Shown: positions 16,578-26,437 of the stretch, in pieces
Position numbering within the stretch: position 1 is the first letter of the stretch
How the letters are laid out: the number at the start of each line of letters is the position of its first letter
From: an uncultured Pseudorhodobacter sp.
GTDB lineage: Bacteria > Pseudomonadota > Alphaproteobacteria > Rhodobacterales > Rhodobacteraceae
DNA length: 42,243 nucleotides
Reading direction: 5' to 3'
NCBI GenBank assembly: GCA_945952425.1
Contig: CAMFIX010000001.1
Location: forward strand, 1 to 42,243
Position numbers and translations under genes: made by a program
Notes under the pieces: model-generated
Seen by the model: only the letters and a program-made list of their open reading frames with translations
Database searches by the model: none
Told to the model about the DNA's origin: nothing

Positions 16578-19147
16578 TAGACCGCCTCTTCCGCTGTGAG
16601 TCTGAGTTGGGTGACGCTCGGGGTGAACGAGCCGTCGGTGCTGGTCAGGGTCGCGCGGGCTTGCACGCCGCGCGCCCGGACCTCGGTGCTGTCGACCCGG
16701 CCCCAGCCGCCCCAGGTGGGCGTGCCGGCCGGGTCGTCCGTGGTGATGCGCGCCTCGACCACCACGTCGACCTCCCCGCCGCCGGCGCCGTCGAAGCTCG
16801 CCCAGCCGTCGATGTCGCCAAGCCGCGCATCGACGGTGTTGGTCAGGTCGAGCGCGCTGACGTCGATGATGCTCCTCAGCCGCACCAGCTTGATGGACCC
16901 GAGGTTCATGCCGGTCGCGAAGGAATAGGTGCCCGAGGGCAGGATGCCGCCTTCCTGGTCGATGTTGACGACCGCATCGAAGCTCGCCCAGCTGTCGATC
17001 GGCGTCGACGCATCAAGCTGCAATGCCCCCCCGACGGCCGCCACGCCGGCCTTCGTCCCGGAAAACGCCGTATCCTCGGTCAGCGTCGTCACCGCCGCGA
17101 AGGCCGCCGCCTGGTAGCCGGTCGAACTGATCGCGACCTCCGGCCCCGGAATGCCGCCCGCATCCTCGGCCCGCAGGAGGTAGGTCCCGGCCTTCTGCGG
17201 CACGACCGCGATGGCCTGCGACCCGGCCACCACATCCATGCCGACGCTGCTCGTCCAGCTGGGCGAGGCGGCGATTGAATGGCGAATGACGATGCGCCCG
17301 CCGATCTGCACGTCCAGGTCGGGGTGCGGCGCCCATTTCAGGACCACCATCCCGCCGGCCGTCTGCAAGGTCACGCCCGTCAGCGCCGCCGGCGGCGCGC
17401 CCAGCCCGAATATCTCCTGGACCGTGCCGGCCCAGGCCGACGAGACATTGAGCTGGCTCAGCGCCTTGACCCTGAACTCCCAGACCGCCGGTGCGATGTC
17501 CAGCATATCCATTGTCAGCTGGTCCGTGCGCCCGACCAGCTGCCAGGCCCCGGTGCCGATCCGCGCCTCGACCTGGTACTGGGCCACGAAGGCGCTCGGG
17601 CTCGCCGCCCAACGGATGCGCGCCATGACCTTCAGGCCCGTGCCGACGAAGGTCTGGTAGAGCTGCTCGCTGACCGCCACCGCCGACGGCGGCGGGATGT
17701 TCATGGCGCTCGGCAGGTTCGTCCGCGGTGCGGCGGCGTAAATCTGCCCCTCGCTCGCCGTCCAGTCATAGACCAGGGGCGATGTCTCGCGCAGCACCAG
17801 GCTCGGCACCAGCCTGGGCGCATCGCCGTCCCCCACGATCGCCAGGCTCACCTGCCGCACCTCGAAGGGCTTGGCCGCGAAGCCCCAGCGGGCATAGGTC
17901 AGCATCACCGTATCGCCGACGACCAGCCGCCAGACCCCCAGCTTGCCCGACAGCGCCACCACCATCTGCCGCCGCTGCCGTTCGAGCTTGATCTTCGCCA
18001 GCCGCTGCGCCGCCGAGGCAGAGGTGGTGAAGGGCAGGTCGATATCGTCATATTTCCGCTGACCGCCATCCTCGGCCAGGTAGGCAGCACTCTCGTAGGC
18101 CGGGAAGTCGTCGGGCTGCCAGTCATTGACCGGGCTCACGAACTTGCCCCGGACCGCGTTGAAATTGTCGGACTGCGACACCCGCGTCGTCAGCTCGAAG
18201 CCCTGGTCGACGATGTCGTCGTCCGTCAGGGTGATCGTCGGCGTCCGCCAGGCCCCGGCAAGGATCTGCCACTGGCCAGCCTGGCTGCCGCAATCGCCGG
18301 CCATCGCCGTCAGCATCGCCTCGATGATCGACTTCGGCGTCTGCGACAGGGTGATCACCCCGCCGCAGGCATAGCGCCGCTCGGTCCCGCCGCCGACCTT
18401 GGCCACCACCTCGTCGCAGACATTCGCCGCCGCGATCAGGGCCGCGCTGTCGATCCCGTCCGGCGCCCCGACCCCCGCGCCGATGCCCCAGACCGAGTTC
18501 GACATATAGTCGGCCAGACACAGCGCGGCATTCTCGCTATAGCCCGTCAGCCCGGTACGCGGGTCGTAAATGTCGTCCTTGCCCGCAAGGTCGAAAGTGA
18601 TGTTCGGCAGCCCGCCCGGAAAGATATTCGCGTCGTATTTGAGCCGGATCCACACATGGGCGCAGCCGCGAAGCCGATGGGCGGACGTCCACTTCCCCCC
18701 GGACTGGGCCGTAAGGATCGTCAGCGACGGCTGGTTCGCGTCGCCAAGCCGCTGCTCGGTCTCGACGAAGCCCGCATACTGTCCGACCGCCGTGGTCGAT
18801 CCGGGCGCAAAGACCATCTGCCCATCAAGATAGACCCCCCCGATCTGCTTGATCTTGTGCGTGGCCAGCACGATCACCAGGTCAAGGTACTCGTTCGTCC
18901 AGCCGTTCTCGTCGGCATAGACCAGGGTGCCGCCCTTGCGGACCTGCCCATAGACCACGTCGCGCGGCATGACCGGCTGGCGCACCGTCAGCCCACGGCC
19001 CATCATGCCGGGGTCGCGCTGCGGCATCAGCGCCTTGGCCGCCGCCGACAAGAGCACTGACCCGCCGAGCTGCAACAGCGCGAAACCGACCGAGCCTTCG
19101 GCAATGCCGAGGGCGGGCGCGATTACCCCGGCCAGGACCGCCGACAC
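16577..19147 (-). CDS. Tail tip / host-specificity (J-like) protein
   Basis: VVYGQVRKGG, GGLPNITF..G..IYDPRTG, N.ALCLADY; GTG start with GGAGG RBS. Confidence 0.85.
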   Translation of the reverse strand: MSAVLAGVIAPALGIAEGSVGFALLQLGGSVLLSAAAKALMPQRDPGMMGRGLTVRQPVMPRDVVYGQVRKGGTLVYADENGWTNEYLDLVIVLATHKIKQIGGVYLDGQMVFAPGSTTAVGQYAGFVETEQRLGDANQPSLTILTAQSGGKWTSAHRLRGCAHVWIRLKYDANIFPGGLPNITFDLAGKDDIYDPRTGLTGYSENAALCLADYMSNSVWGIGAGVGAPDGIDSAALIAAANVCDEVVAKVGGGTERRYACGGVITLSQTPKSIIEAMLTAMAGDCGSQAGQWQILAGAWRTPTITLTDDDIVDQGFELTTRVSQSDNFNAVRGKFVSPVNDWQPDDFPAYESAAYLAEDGGQRKYDDIDLPFTTSASAAQRLAKIKLERQRRQMVVALSGKLGVWRLVVGDTVMLTYARWGFAAKPFEVRQVSLAIVGDGDAPRLVPSLVLRETSPLVYDWTASEGQIYAAAPRTNLPSAMNIPPPSAVAVSEQLYQTFVGTGLKVMARIRWAASPSAFVAQYQVEARIGTGAWQLVGRTDQLTMDMLDIAPAVWEFRVKALSQLNVSSAWAGTVQEIFGLGAPPAALTGVTLQTAGGMVVLKWAPHPDLDVQIGGRIVIRHSIAASPSWTSSVGMDVVAGSQAIAVVPQKAGTYLLRAEDAGGIPGPEVAISSTGYQAAAFAAVTTLTEDTAFSGTKAGVAAVGGALQLDASTPIDSWASFDAVVNIDQEGGILPSGTYSFATGMNLGSIKLVRLRSIIDVSALDLTNTVDARLGDIDGWASFDGAGGGEVDVVVEARITTDDPAGTPTWGGWGRVDSTEVRARGVQARATLTSTDGSFTPSVTQLRLTAEEAV

Positions 19148-19148
19148 C

Positions 19149-19541
19149 TCAGACCTCCCAGGCCATGGTGCAACCGGCCATCGGCCGGAAGACCAGCCCG
19201 TCCGGGCCAAGGAAGGCCGCCGTGGCGCCGAGGCAGACGCCGAGCGCCGCGCCGTCGCTCACGATGTCGCCCCGACGCGCGAGCGCGGGCGAAGCGAGCT
19301 GCGTCCCGATCTCGCGCGTGACCGCGTCGCACAGGTCCGCCGCCCCGGACGCCCTTATGGCCCGCGCCGCCCCGCGCGCGGTCCGGTAGGTCCCGACGAA
19401 GCCCGGCAGGGCCGCGCCGGTCAGCGACTGCCGCACACGCGCCGCCCAGGTCGCGCAGTCATGCGACCCCCATGAAAAAGGGCGCTGCCGCGCCCCCTCG
19501 ATCACCTCGTGCAGGTCATGCTCCCAGCCGTCCCGCCTCAC
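19149..19541 (-). CDS. NlpC/P60-like tail-tip protein (DUF6950-like)
   Basis: PFSWGSHDCATWA...ARRGDIV. Confidence 0.75.
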   Translation of the reverse strand: MRRDGWEHDLHEVIEGARQRPFSWGSHDCATWAARVRQSLTGAALPGFVGTYRTARGAARAIRASGAADLCDAVTREIGTQLASPALARRGDIVSDGAALGVCLGATAAFLGPDGLVFRPMAGCTMAWEV

Positions 19542-20095
19542 CCGCGCCCCCACCGCAGCTCTTTGTCCTGGATCGTCGTCACATATTCAAAGCCCCGGTC
19601 ACCCGGATAAAGCTGCTGCTGCGCCTCGTCGGTGTAGCGCAGCTCGCGGGGCCTATTCAGGTCAATCAGCCGGCTTTCGTAGGTGATGGTGATGGTGCAG
19701 GTCTCCGCACCGTCGGTGATCGTCGGCACGTCCAGCCGCCCGGCGAAGGCCAGGACCGGATCGACGATGATCGTCGCATCCGGCGCCAGCAGCCCGACCC
19801 AGCACCGCCCCGGCAGGCCCTGCTGCGCATCGAGTATCGCCAGAGACACCAGGCTCACAGGCACGCCCGACAACGTGACCGAGGCACCCCGCGCCACGAT
19901 GTCGCTGCCCTCCTCGATCCCCGAAAAGCCGACCAGCGTCCCGGCGCCGGTCCAGGTCTGCCCGCCCCAGGTCACATCACCCAGCCCGGTCCAGAGCCGG
20001 ACGAACCCGGACGCGAACTGCCCCTCGAAAAACAAGGCGGGCCGGACATCGGCAGCGATCAGCGCCGCCTCCAGCTCGGGCGTCAGGTTGCGCAT
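19538..20095 (-). CDS. Minor tail (hub) protein
   Basis: RLWTGLGDVTWGG...RYTDEAQQQLYPGDRGFEYV. Confidence 0.8.
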   Translation of the reverse strand: MRNLTPELEAALIAADVRPALFFEGQFASGFVRLWTGLGDVTWGGQTWTGAGTLVGFSGIEEGSDIVARGASVTLSGVPVSLVSLAILDAQQGLPGRCWVGLLAPDATIIVDPVLAFAGRLDVPTITDGAETCTITITYESRLIDLNRPRELRYTDEAQQQLYPGDRGFEYVTTIQDKELRWGRG

Positions 20096-20682
20096 CAGAT
20101 CGCCTCTCGCGCCGAAAAGCGGACGGTGTATTTGTCCGCGCCATAGATCTGCACCGGCACCGGCGCGGTCAGGCTCAGCAGCACCTGCGGCGCCACCACT
20201 GCCAGCGGCGCATTGTCCGCCGGCGCCGACCGGAGCCGCGGCACGAATTGCACGGTCGCGGCACCCGCCACAGGCGTGACGTCCGCTGTCACCTGGTAAA
20301 GCCGGGTCGCGGAATCGGTGCCCAGGCTGAAGAAATCGCCCGCCTTCAGGCCCGCAGAACCCCAGCCATCGGTGACAAGGCTGTTCCCGGACTGCCCGCC
20401 GCCATTGACCAGCGGCGTGGCGCCAACGACCGTGTTGCGGATCGACGGGTCGGCAAACAGGAACGTGCCCCGCACACCACCCAGCTGCGCCAGGAAGGCC
20501 GCGACGCGCTGCCCGTTCCGCCCCTGCATCAGGGCCATCTCGATATCATAAAGCCACCACTCGCCGCCCCAGTCCTGCACCTGGCGCGAGCCGGTGAAGG
20601 GCGACTGGACGGCGGTGACGCTCGCCGCCAGGCTGCGCGTCACCGACTTGACCAGCGGCACCGGCAGGACAGGCACGGTCAT
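20095..20682 (-). CDS. Distal tail protein-like
   Basis: QSPFTGSRQVQDWGGEWW; position after the tape measure gene. Confidence 0.7.
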   Translation of the reverse strand: MTVPVLPVPLVKSVTRSLAASVTAVQSPFTGSRQVQDWGGEWWLYDIEMALMQGRNGQRVAAFLAQLGGVRGTFLFADPSIRNTVVGATPLVNGGGQSGNSLVTDGWGSAGLKAGDFFSLGTDSATRLYQVTADVTPVAGAATVQFVPRLRSAPADNAPLAVVAPQVLLSLTAPVPVQIYGADKYTVRFSAREAI

Positions 20683-22565
20683 GTGGGGTAACCCCGGCGC
20701 CGCGCCGCGCCGACGCCGGCGACCGCCTGCCGCACGATCCCCGGCACCTCGGCCCGGACGGCCCGCTGCACCTGATCGGCCACGCCCTCGACCGCGCCAG
20801 ACGCGTCGACATTGATCGAGACGTTGACGGTGACGCCGTCACCGCCCGTCCCGCCAGCCATGACGCCGAGCTTGCCGTTGATCCGCCGCAGCGGCAGGAT
20901 CGCCTCGGGCCCGGCTTCGCCCATCAGGCCCAGGCCGCTCTTCATGCCGAAGAGCGTCGGCCGCGACACGACGCCGCCCGAGGCGAAGGCCTGCACCACG
21001 CCACCGTCGAAGGCATTGCCATTCGCGTTCGGAAAGATCGAATTCATTAGACCCGTCCAGCCCTTGTCGAAAAGGGAGCTGGCGAACGACGACAGTAGCT
21101 GCGAGATCACTTCATTCGCGTCGCCGCCCTTGATGATGATGTCCTTCAGGGCGGCGCCGACCTCGTCCGCCATCTCGCGACCGGCCTTGCCCGCCTCGTT
21201 GAACTTTTCCTTCAGGTCCCTGATCGCGCGGCTATAGGTTTCCTGGTCGATGGCACCCTTTGCCAGCAGAACGTTCAGCTTGGTCTGCTCGATCGCATAT
21301 TTCTCGGCCGAGGTCCGGGTCTGGTCGAAGACCCGCTTCGCCTCGCGAAGCAGGTCGTTCTCTTCCTTCTGCGCCTCGCTCAGCTGCTTCTGCGCCGACC
21401 CGCCGCCCTTCGACCCCTTCGACGGCGTGTCCGGCGTGTCCCAGGGCAGGCCGAGGGCGAGGTTTTCGCTGATGGTGAAGCCCTGTCCCGATGGCCGCGC
21501 CTTCGGGCGGGGAATGTCGCTGAACCCACCCTGGATCATCGCCGCGGCATTGTCGGCGCGGGTCAGGGCCGCGTCGATCCGACTCACCAGGGTCAGCGCC
21601 GAATCCGCCGCGCCGCGAATGCCCTTGCCCACATCCGTGTCGGCCAGCGCCTGCGCCTGCTCGACCGAAATCCCAAGCTGCGCCGCAAGGTCCCGCGCCT
21701 TCAGTTCCATGTCGGTGGCCTGCCGGACCGCCTCCCGCAGTGCGCCGGTCACATGGTCCGTGCTTCCCGCCGAATCCTCGGTCGCCTTGCGGATCGCCTC
21801 AAGCGCGGCCGCCTGTTCCGCCGGACCCTTGGCGTCGCGCAACTGGTCGAGCGCGGCGACGAGCGCATTGGCCTGATCGATCGTCAGGCCGAAGTCCTCG
21901 GCCAGCTGGTAGACATCCTGCGATAGCATGGCAAAGCCGGCCGGCATCGCCTCTTCATCGACGCCTTTCAGCCGAGCCTGCATGTCATTGATGCGGGCCA
22001 CCAGATCCACCAGGTCCGTCATCGACTGGTCGAGCCCGGAAATGGTATTCGTCAGCTCGGACTGAAAGTCGAACTGGGCCAAAGCAAGCCTTGCAGTCAA
22101 CACTTCACGGACCGCGGCGGCCTGCTGGCCGTATTTCTCGCGCAGCTTGTCCATCGGCTGCAGCGCATCGTCCATCGCCGCCTGGTAGTCGCGGCTGGAC
22201 TTGTGCAGCGTGTCGATGTCGTCAGCCAATTGCTTGGCCGCATCCCCGCTCGACAGGAACCCGGAAATCAGCGGCACGACGACGGCCGCCGCCGTGCCGA
22301 GCCCGACGCCCAGAAGGCCGAGCCCACTCAGCAGCTGCGGCAGCTGCTGCGCCAGCGCCCGGCTTGCGTCGGTGCCGCCCGCGACCTGAACCGCGAAGTC
22401 CTGTACCTGGAAGCCCACGTTCTGCAGCGCGGCGCCGGATGACCGGCCGCCGCCCTCGATCACCTGGAAGGCGCGCTTGCCTTCCGACGCGATCGCGGTG
22501 AACTCGGCCTTGACCTTGTCGGCGCCGACGACACCGATCCGGACGGACACCGGTTTTTCAGCCAT
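20679..22565 (-). CDS. Tail tape measure protein
   Basis: NVGFQVQDFAVQV N-terminus; Ala-rich coil; FASGGVV...GLMGEAGPEAILPL. Confidence 0.9.
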   Translation of the reverse strand: MAEKPVSVRIGVVGADKVKAEFTAIASEGKRAFQVIEGGGRSSGAALQNVGFQVQDFAVQVAGGTDASRALAQQLPQLLSGLGLLGVGLGTAAAVVVPLISGFLSSGDAAKQLADDIDTLHKSSRDYQAAMDDALQPMDKLREKYGQQAAAVREVLTARLALAQFDFQSELTNTISGLDQSMTDLVDLVARINDMQARLKGVDEEAMPAGFAMLSQDVYQLAEDFGLTIDQANALVAALDQLRDAKGPAEQAAALEAIRKATEDSAGSTDHVTGALREAVRQATDMELKARDLAAQLGISVEQAQALADTDVGKGIRGAADSALTLVSRIDAALTRADNAAAMIQGGFSDIPRPKARPSGQGFTISENLALGLPWDTPDTPSKGSKGGGSAQKQLSEAQKEENDLLREAKRVFDQTRTSAEKYAIEQTKLNVLLAKGAIDQETYSRAIRDLKEKFNEAGKAGREMADEVGAALKDIIIKGGDANEVISQLLSSFASSLFDKGWTGLMNSIFPNANGNAFDGGVVQAFASGGVVSRPTLFGMKSGLGLMGEAGPEAILPLRRINGKLGVMAGGTGGDGVTVNVSINVDASGAVEGVADQVQRAVRAEVPGIVRQAVAGVGAARRRGYPT

Positions 22566-22885
22566 CAGACTCGCCCTCCCGTGCGTTCATCTTTTCGACC
22601 ATCACCGCCTCGACCTCCGGCAACAGATCGGCCGCCAGCATCTCCGGCACGCCAAGCGCCCGGCCCATGGCCAGCGCGGCGCCCATGTCCCATCCCAGAA
22701 TCACGCCCTGCACCGCCCGGACCTGTCCGCCGAGCCGCTGCACCAGGTGCCAGACCTGCCATCCCTCGACCGTCTGGGGCGCATTCACGACGTAGGCGCA
22801 CTCGGCGCAGACCCCGTCGCAGCCGCCGCAATATCCGGCGCCCCCGCCGAAGTGCCATTCGGCAAGGGCGCCAAGCCTTTTTTTT
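22558..22885 (-). CDS. Tail assembly chaperone, T segment (reached by -1 frameshift)
   Basis: Open -1 frame from the A8 run: KKRLGALAEWHFGGGAGYCGGCDGVCAECAYVVNAPQTVEGWQVW... Confidence 0.7.
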
Positions 22886-23222
22886 CCTCGGCCACCAGGA
22901 ACCCCTTGGCCAGGTAGGCCGCACCGAACGCCTTGTTCATCTGGAACAGGTCCATCAGCGCGCCGATCCGCTCGGCCGTCGGCTCGACCGGCGCTCCATC
23001 CGCATCGCCGACCCCGCGCCAGCCGATGATGGCGGCCTGCGCCACGGACCGGACCATGGCGGCAAAGCGGACGTCGCTGTCCGTCTCGGCCGGCAGGCCC
23101 CGCACCTCGGGCGCGGCCATCCCGGCGGCAATGATCGCTGTGGTGATCGGCACCACCTCGACCTCGACCCCGAAGCCCAGGTCGATCCAGGCCGGTTTTG
23201 TATCCAGATTGAGCCGCAGCAT
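22785..23222 (-). CDS. Tail assembly chaperone (gpG-like)
   Basis: MLRLNLDTKPAWIDLG...; between tail tube and tape measure genes; slippery GAA AAA AAA GGC. Confidence 0.8.
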   Translation of the reverse strand: MLRLNLDTKPAWIDLGFGVEVEVVPITTAIIAAGMAAPEVRGLPAETDSDVRFAAMVRSVAQAAIIGWRGVGDADGAPVEPTAERIGALMDLFQMNKAFGAAYLAKGFLVAEEKKGLAPLPNGTSAGAPDIAAAATGSAPSAPTS

Positions 23223-24169
23223 CAGTAGCCCGCCACGGCGTTGGTCAGGACAATCGTCGCCATCCGCGCCGGCGTCACCGCCGCCGACTGCGCCGCCTGC
23301 CAGTCGTAGGTCGCCTGGATGCCGCCGGGCCCCGGAATTTCGATGCGCGGCACCGGCAGATAGACCGCATGGACGGTGATCTTCAGGCTCTGGCTGGCGC
23401 TGATCACCCAGGAAAATTCCAGCTCGCAAGGGGTCCCATTCTGCGCGTCGGTGATCAGTGTCGTGTCGGCAAAGCGCGCGACGAGCGCGCCCTTCATCGA
23501 GGCCATGCCGGGATCCGCGCCCTCGATCTTGCCGTCCGACCGGATCGTCTCGACCCGGTCGAGGTTGTTGGAATAGGTCACGTCGCCAGACACGATGTTG
23601 CCGAGCGCGGCCCCGTTGCGCTTGATCGCCCCGTTGAACTGCCCGAACCGGGTCAGGTTCACCAGCGTCCCGAGCGTGCCCGCCTGGCTCGCCACGTTCG
23701 GCGTCTCGCCCTGCGCGATCAGGCCCACGGTCGCCTGCAGGTTCCCGGTCCGCTGCATGTTGAATTTGAAGTCGTTGACCCGGACCCCGGAAAACATCTT
23801 GAAGGTCGGAATGTCCGGGAAGCCGACTTCGATCGACATGCTGGGCAGCGTCCAGCCACCGGTCTGGAAGGTATGCACCTTCGGCGTGGTGCCAGTCGTG
23901 ACTGGCGCCCCGAAGATCGCCTTGAGCCAATAGCCGATCCCGTCGACATCGAGCGGTATGGTGATGTCACCGTCCGCCGTGATCGCGTCCTTGATCGGCG
24001 CCAGCGGGTCGCGGCCGAAGCCCAGAAGCTCGCTGTCGATCAGCGGCTGGGCGGACGCCAGCTTGCTTTCCGCCATCGACAGCTTCATGAAGCCGCTCGC
24101 CGGGGCGGTACCATATACAGACTCATACGCGAACGCCAGCTGCGTCCGCGCACCCATAGCGCGCGCCAT
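23222..24169 (-). CDS. Major tail tube protein
   Basis: MARAMGARTQLAFAYESVYGTAP...QPLIDSELLGFGRDP. Confidence 0.88.
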   Translation of the reverse strand: MARAMGARTQLAFAYESVYGTAPASGFMKLSMAESKLASAQPLIDSELLGFGRDPLAPIKDAITADGDITIPLDVDGIGYWLKAIFGAPVTTGTTPKVHTFQTGGWTLPSMSIEVGFPDIPTFKMFSGVRVNDFKFNMQRTGNLQATVGLIAQGETPNVASQAGTLGTLVNLTRFGQFNGAIKRNGAALGNIVSGDVTYSNNLDRVETIRSDGKIEGADPGMASMKGALVARFADTTLITDAQNGTPCELEFSWVISASQSLKITVHAVYLPVPRIEIPGPGGIQATYDWQAAQSAAVTPARMATIVLTNAVAGY

Positions 24170-24179
24170 GTCTTTCTCC

Positions 24180-24623
24180 TCAGATCAGGGGGTCGGGTGT
24201 GGAATAATGCAAGGTCACGGTCAGAAGTGCGGCCTTGATGCTGGCCGCACCTTCGACCGGCAGGTCGGTCGGCACCGGGGCCGAGGCCTCGGCCCAGTCG
24301 CAAAGGCCGCCGAGCGTCCGGTCAATGGCCAGCGCCGCACCGACCGCCGCGCCCAGGTCGTCGAGTGCTGCGTCATTGCGGTTGTCCGCCATCTGCACGA
24401 ACAGCTCGACCTCGGCCGCGTGCTCGTAGTGATACATGAGGGGCGACAGCGTCACCTCGGGCTCGCCCGGATTTCCGTCGCGCAGGATCACCAGCCCGTC
24501 GCGCGGGATCTGGTCGGGCAGGACCAGGTTGCGCTCGACAAGCCGCGTCACGCCGACTTCGACTTGCGTGCGAAGCACCTGGTGCAGCGCATCGAGAACC
24601 GCCTCGCGTCGCGAAACCATCAT
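24180..24623 (-). CDS. Tail terminator/completion protein
   Basis: ILRDGNPGEPEVTLSPLMYHYEH...DRTLGGLCDW; position before the tail tube gene. Confidence 0.75.
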   Translation of the reverse strand: MMVSRREAVLDALHQVLRTQVEVGVTRLVERNLVLPDQIPRDGLVILRDGNPGEPEVTLSPLMYHYEHAAEVELFVQMADNRNDAALDDLGAAVGAALAIDRTLGGLCDWAEASAPVPTDLPVEGAASIKAALLTVTLHYSTPDPLI

Positions 24624-25255
24624 TCGCCCTTCCAGTTGGACACGATCATGCCCGGAATCGTCGATCCGACCGCGTCGGCTGCCTGAAACAGGTGCAGGCG
24701 CTTGCGCAGCCTGACCTGTGGCACCAGCAGGAAGATCGGAATCGTCCGGTTCCGGAAGGTAACCGGATCGGACAGCCGCCCCCGACGCTTGACCAGGACG
24801 TTGCCGGGCGCCTTCGTGCCATCGTCGACCAGAAGCGCCCGCCGCCCATCAAGATAGACGAAGCGCAGCCGACGCCCGGTCTTGCGCTCCCACTCGCCCG
24901 GCACGAGCTTCTTGCCCTTCGGGCCTACGCCCGCCGCCGGCAGCGGGATCGACAGCCAGAAACCGTCCCGACTGCGGATCACCGCACCCGTTTCGTTCGG
25001 GTCGAGGATCTTCGGCGCCCTAGAATAGACGAGCGCCGCGGCCTTCAGGCTTGGCTGCCCTTTGGGATAGGTCTCAAGCCTGACGGTGTTTGCAAGCCGG
25101 CGCCCAAGCCCCGCCGCCACGACCTGCTCGCGCCATTGGGTTTTGAGCGTCTGGCCCGCACCACGCATGGCCGAGCTGACGGCCCGCTCGCCCGCCCGGA
25201 GCTGGCCCTTCATCATCTGGCTCAGATCGCCGTCGATCGTGACATCCAGCCTCAT
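24620..25255 (-). CDS. DUF6441-like neck/tail completion protein
   Basis: AGLGRRLANTVR...SLKAAALVYS...PIFLLVPQVRL. Confidence 0.75.
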   Translation of the reverse strand: MRLDVTIDGDLSQMMKGQLRAGERAVSSAMRGAGQTLKTQWREQVVAAGLGRRLANTVRLETYPKGQPSLKAAALVYSRAPKILDPNETGAVIRSRDGFWLSIPLPAAGVGPKGKKLVPGEWERKTGRRLRFVYLDGRRALLVDDGTKAPGNVLVKRRGRLSDPVTFRNRTIPIFLLVPQVRLRKRLHLFQAADAVGSTIPGMIVSNWKGE

Positions 25256-25566
25256 GCCGCGCGCAGCTCCACCATCCAGACCAGCCGCTCGCGGTCGCGC
25301 CGCGGCGTCGCCTGCACGACGAAGGCCTCGGCCCCGATTTCGACGCGGTCGTTCAGGCGCGGGTTGGCGATCTCGCTCACCCGCACGTCGATCACCGTCG
25401 TGTCGCTCACCAGCCGCGCTCCGCTGAACTCGCTGATACGATCCGGCGCGCTGCGCATGACGCGGCAGGCGACGGGCGCGCCCACCCCCTGCTCACGCCA
25501 GACGGCATCCGCCGCCATGTTCGGATCGGCAAAGATCGCGTCCAGGGCGGCGGCAAAGACGGACAT
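25252..25566 (-). CDS. Head-tail joining protein (head closure)
   Basis: FAAALDAIFADPNMAADA...PRRDRERLVW. Confidence 0.75.
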   Translation of the reverse strand: MSVFAAALDAIFADPNMAADAVWREQGVGAPVACRVMRSAPDRISEFSGARLVSDTTVIDVRVSEIANPRLNDRVEIGAEAFVVQATPRRDRERLVWMVELRAA

Positions 25567-25571
25567 GCCGG

Positions 25572-25898
25572 TCAGAGGCCCAGGACGACGACGCGGCCGA
25601 CGCTATCGGCGGCCTGTTGCGCCTGCGCCGCATAGCCGATCAGCTTGTTCGACCCGACCGTGGTCGTGCAGAGCTTGCCGGCATTGTCCCAGTAGATCGG
25701 CGCGCCCTGCGTCCAGGCCTGCGAGCCGGTCTTGGCCAAGTCGAACACACCTTCGATCGCCGCCTCGACCGAGGCACCGCTCGCCGCAGCAAAACTCGCG
25801 ACGCCGAAGATCGATCCGACCTGCAGGCCGGCGCCCGATGCGACGGCATAGGGCGCGGTCAGCGTCAGGACGTCGCCCTCTTGGACATAGTTTTTCAT
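25572..25898 (-). CDS. DUF2190 capsid-associated protein
   Basis: MKNYVQEGDVLTLTAPYAVASG...EGVFDLAK. Confidence 0.88.
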   Translation of the reverse strand: MKNYVQEGDVLTLTAPYAVASGAGLQVGSIFGVASFAAASGASVEAAIEGVFDLAKTGSQAWTQGAPIYWDNAGKLCTTTVGSNKLIGYAAQAQQAADSVGRVVVLGL

Positions 25899-26428
25899 CT
25901 GGTGCTCTCCTTTTCATGTGGCGGCCATGGAACATGGCGCCATTCTCGGTTTGCTTTGATCTGGCTGATGCTCGCTTGGGAAACGCCTGTTTCAGCGCTG
26001 ACTTCACAATTGCGCATGCCGCTGGCCAACAGGTCTTTGACTTCTGCGACTATCGCATCGGTCAGCTTTGCCCGGTGCGATCTTTCACCAAAAACCTTGG
26101 TGCCATGAGTTAACTCATCAGCCTTGTTCTGTTTTTGCGTTCCGTACGCTAGGTTACAAGGTCGATTGTCACCCGGCTTCCCGTTCAGGTGCCGGATGAT
26201 GAATCCGCGCGGTCGAGGACCAAGATAGGCTAGCGCCACAAGGGCGTGAACAGTTCCCTTCTGCTTCCGCCCTCCCGGCCTTAACGTCACTCGCAAATAG
26301 CCGTCGCGGTCCTTATGGGGCTTGATGGAGTGCGGCACGGACCATCGTCCGTGCCGACCAGGTGCCGTACTCCAAATCACGCCTTCGGCATCTGCGAAGT
26401 ATCTTCCAAAGCCAGGAATAGGCTTCAT
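25895..26428 (-). CDS. NUMOD4-HNH homing endonuclease with C-terminal HTH
   Basis: KPIPGFGRY, DGYLRVTL, VHALVALAYLG, RHLNGKPGDNRPCNL; lower GC than flanks. Confidence 0.88.
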   Translation of the reverse strand: MKPIPGFGRYFADAEGVIWSTAPGRHGRWSVPHSIKPHKDRDGYLRVTLRPGGRKQKGTVHALVALAYLGPRPRGFIIRHLNGKPGDNRPCNLAYGTQKQNKADELTHGTKVFGERSHRAKLTDAIVAEVKDLLASGMRNCEVSAETGVSQASISQIKANREWRHVPWPPHEKESTR

Positions 26429-26437
26429 GGCGATAAA

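Noticed and set aside
24180-24623. Acyl-CoA transferase label often attached to this family
   Set aside because: Size and position identify a tail completion protein; no enzyme motifs seen
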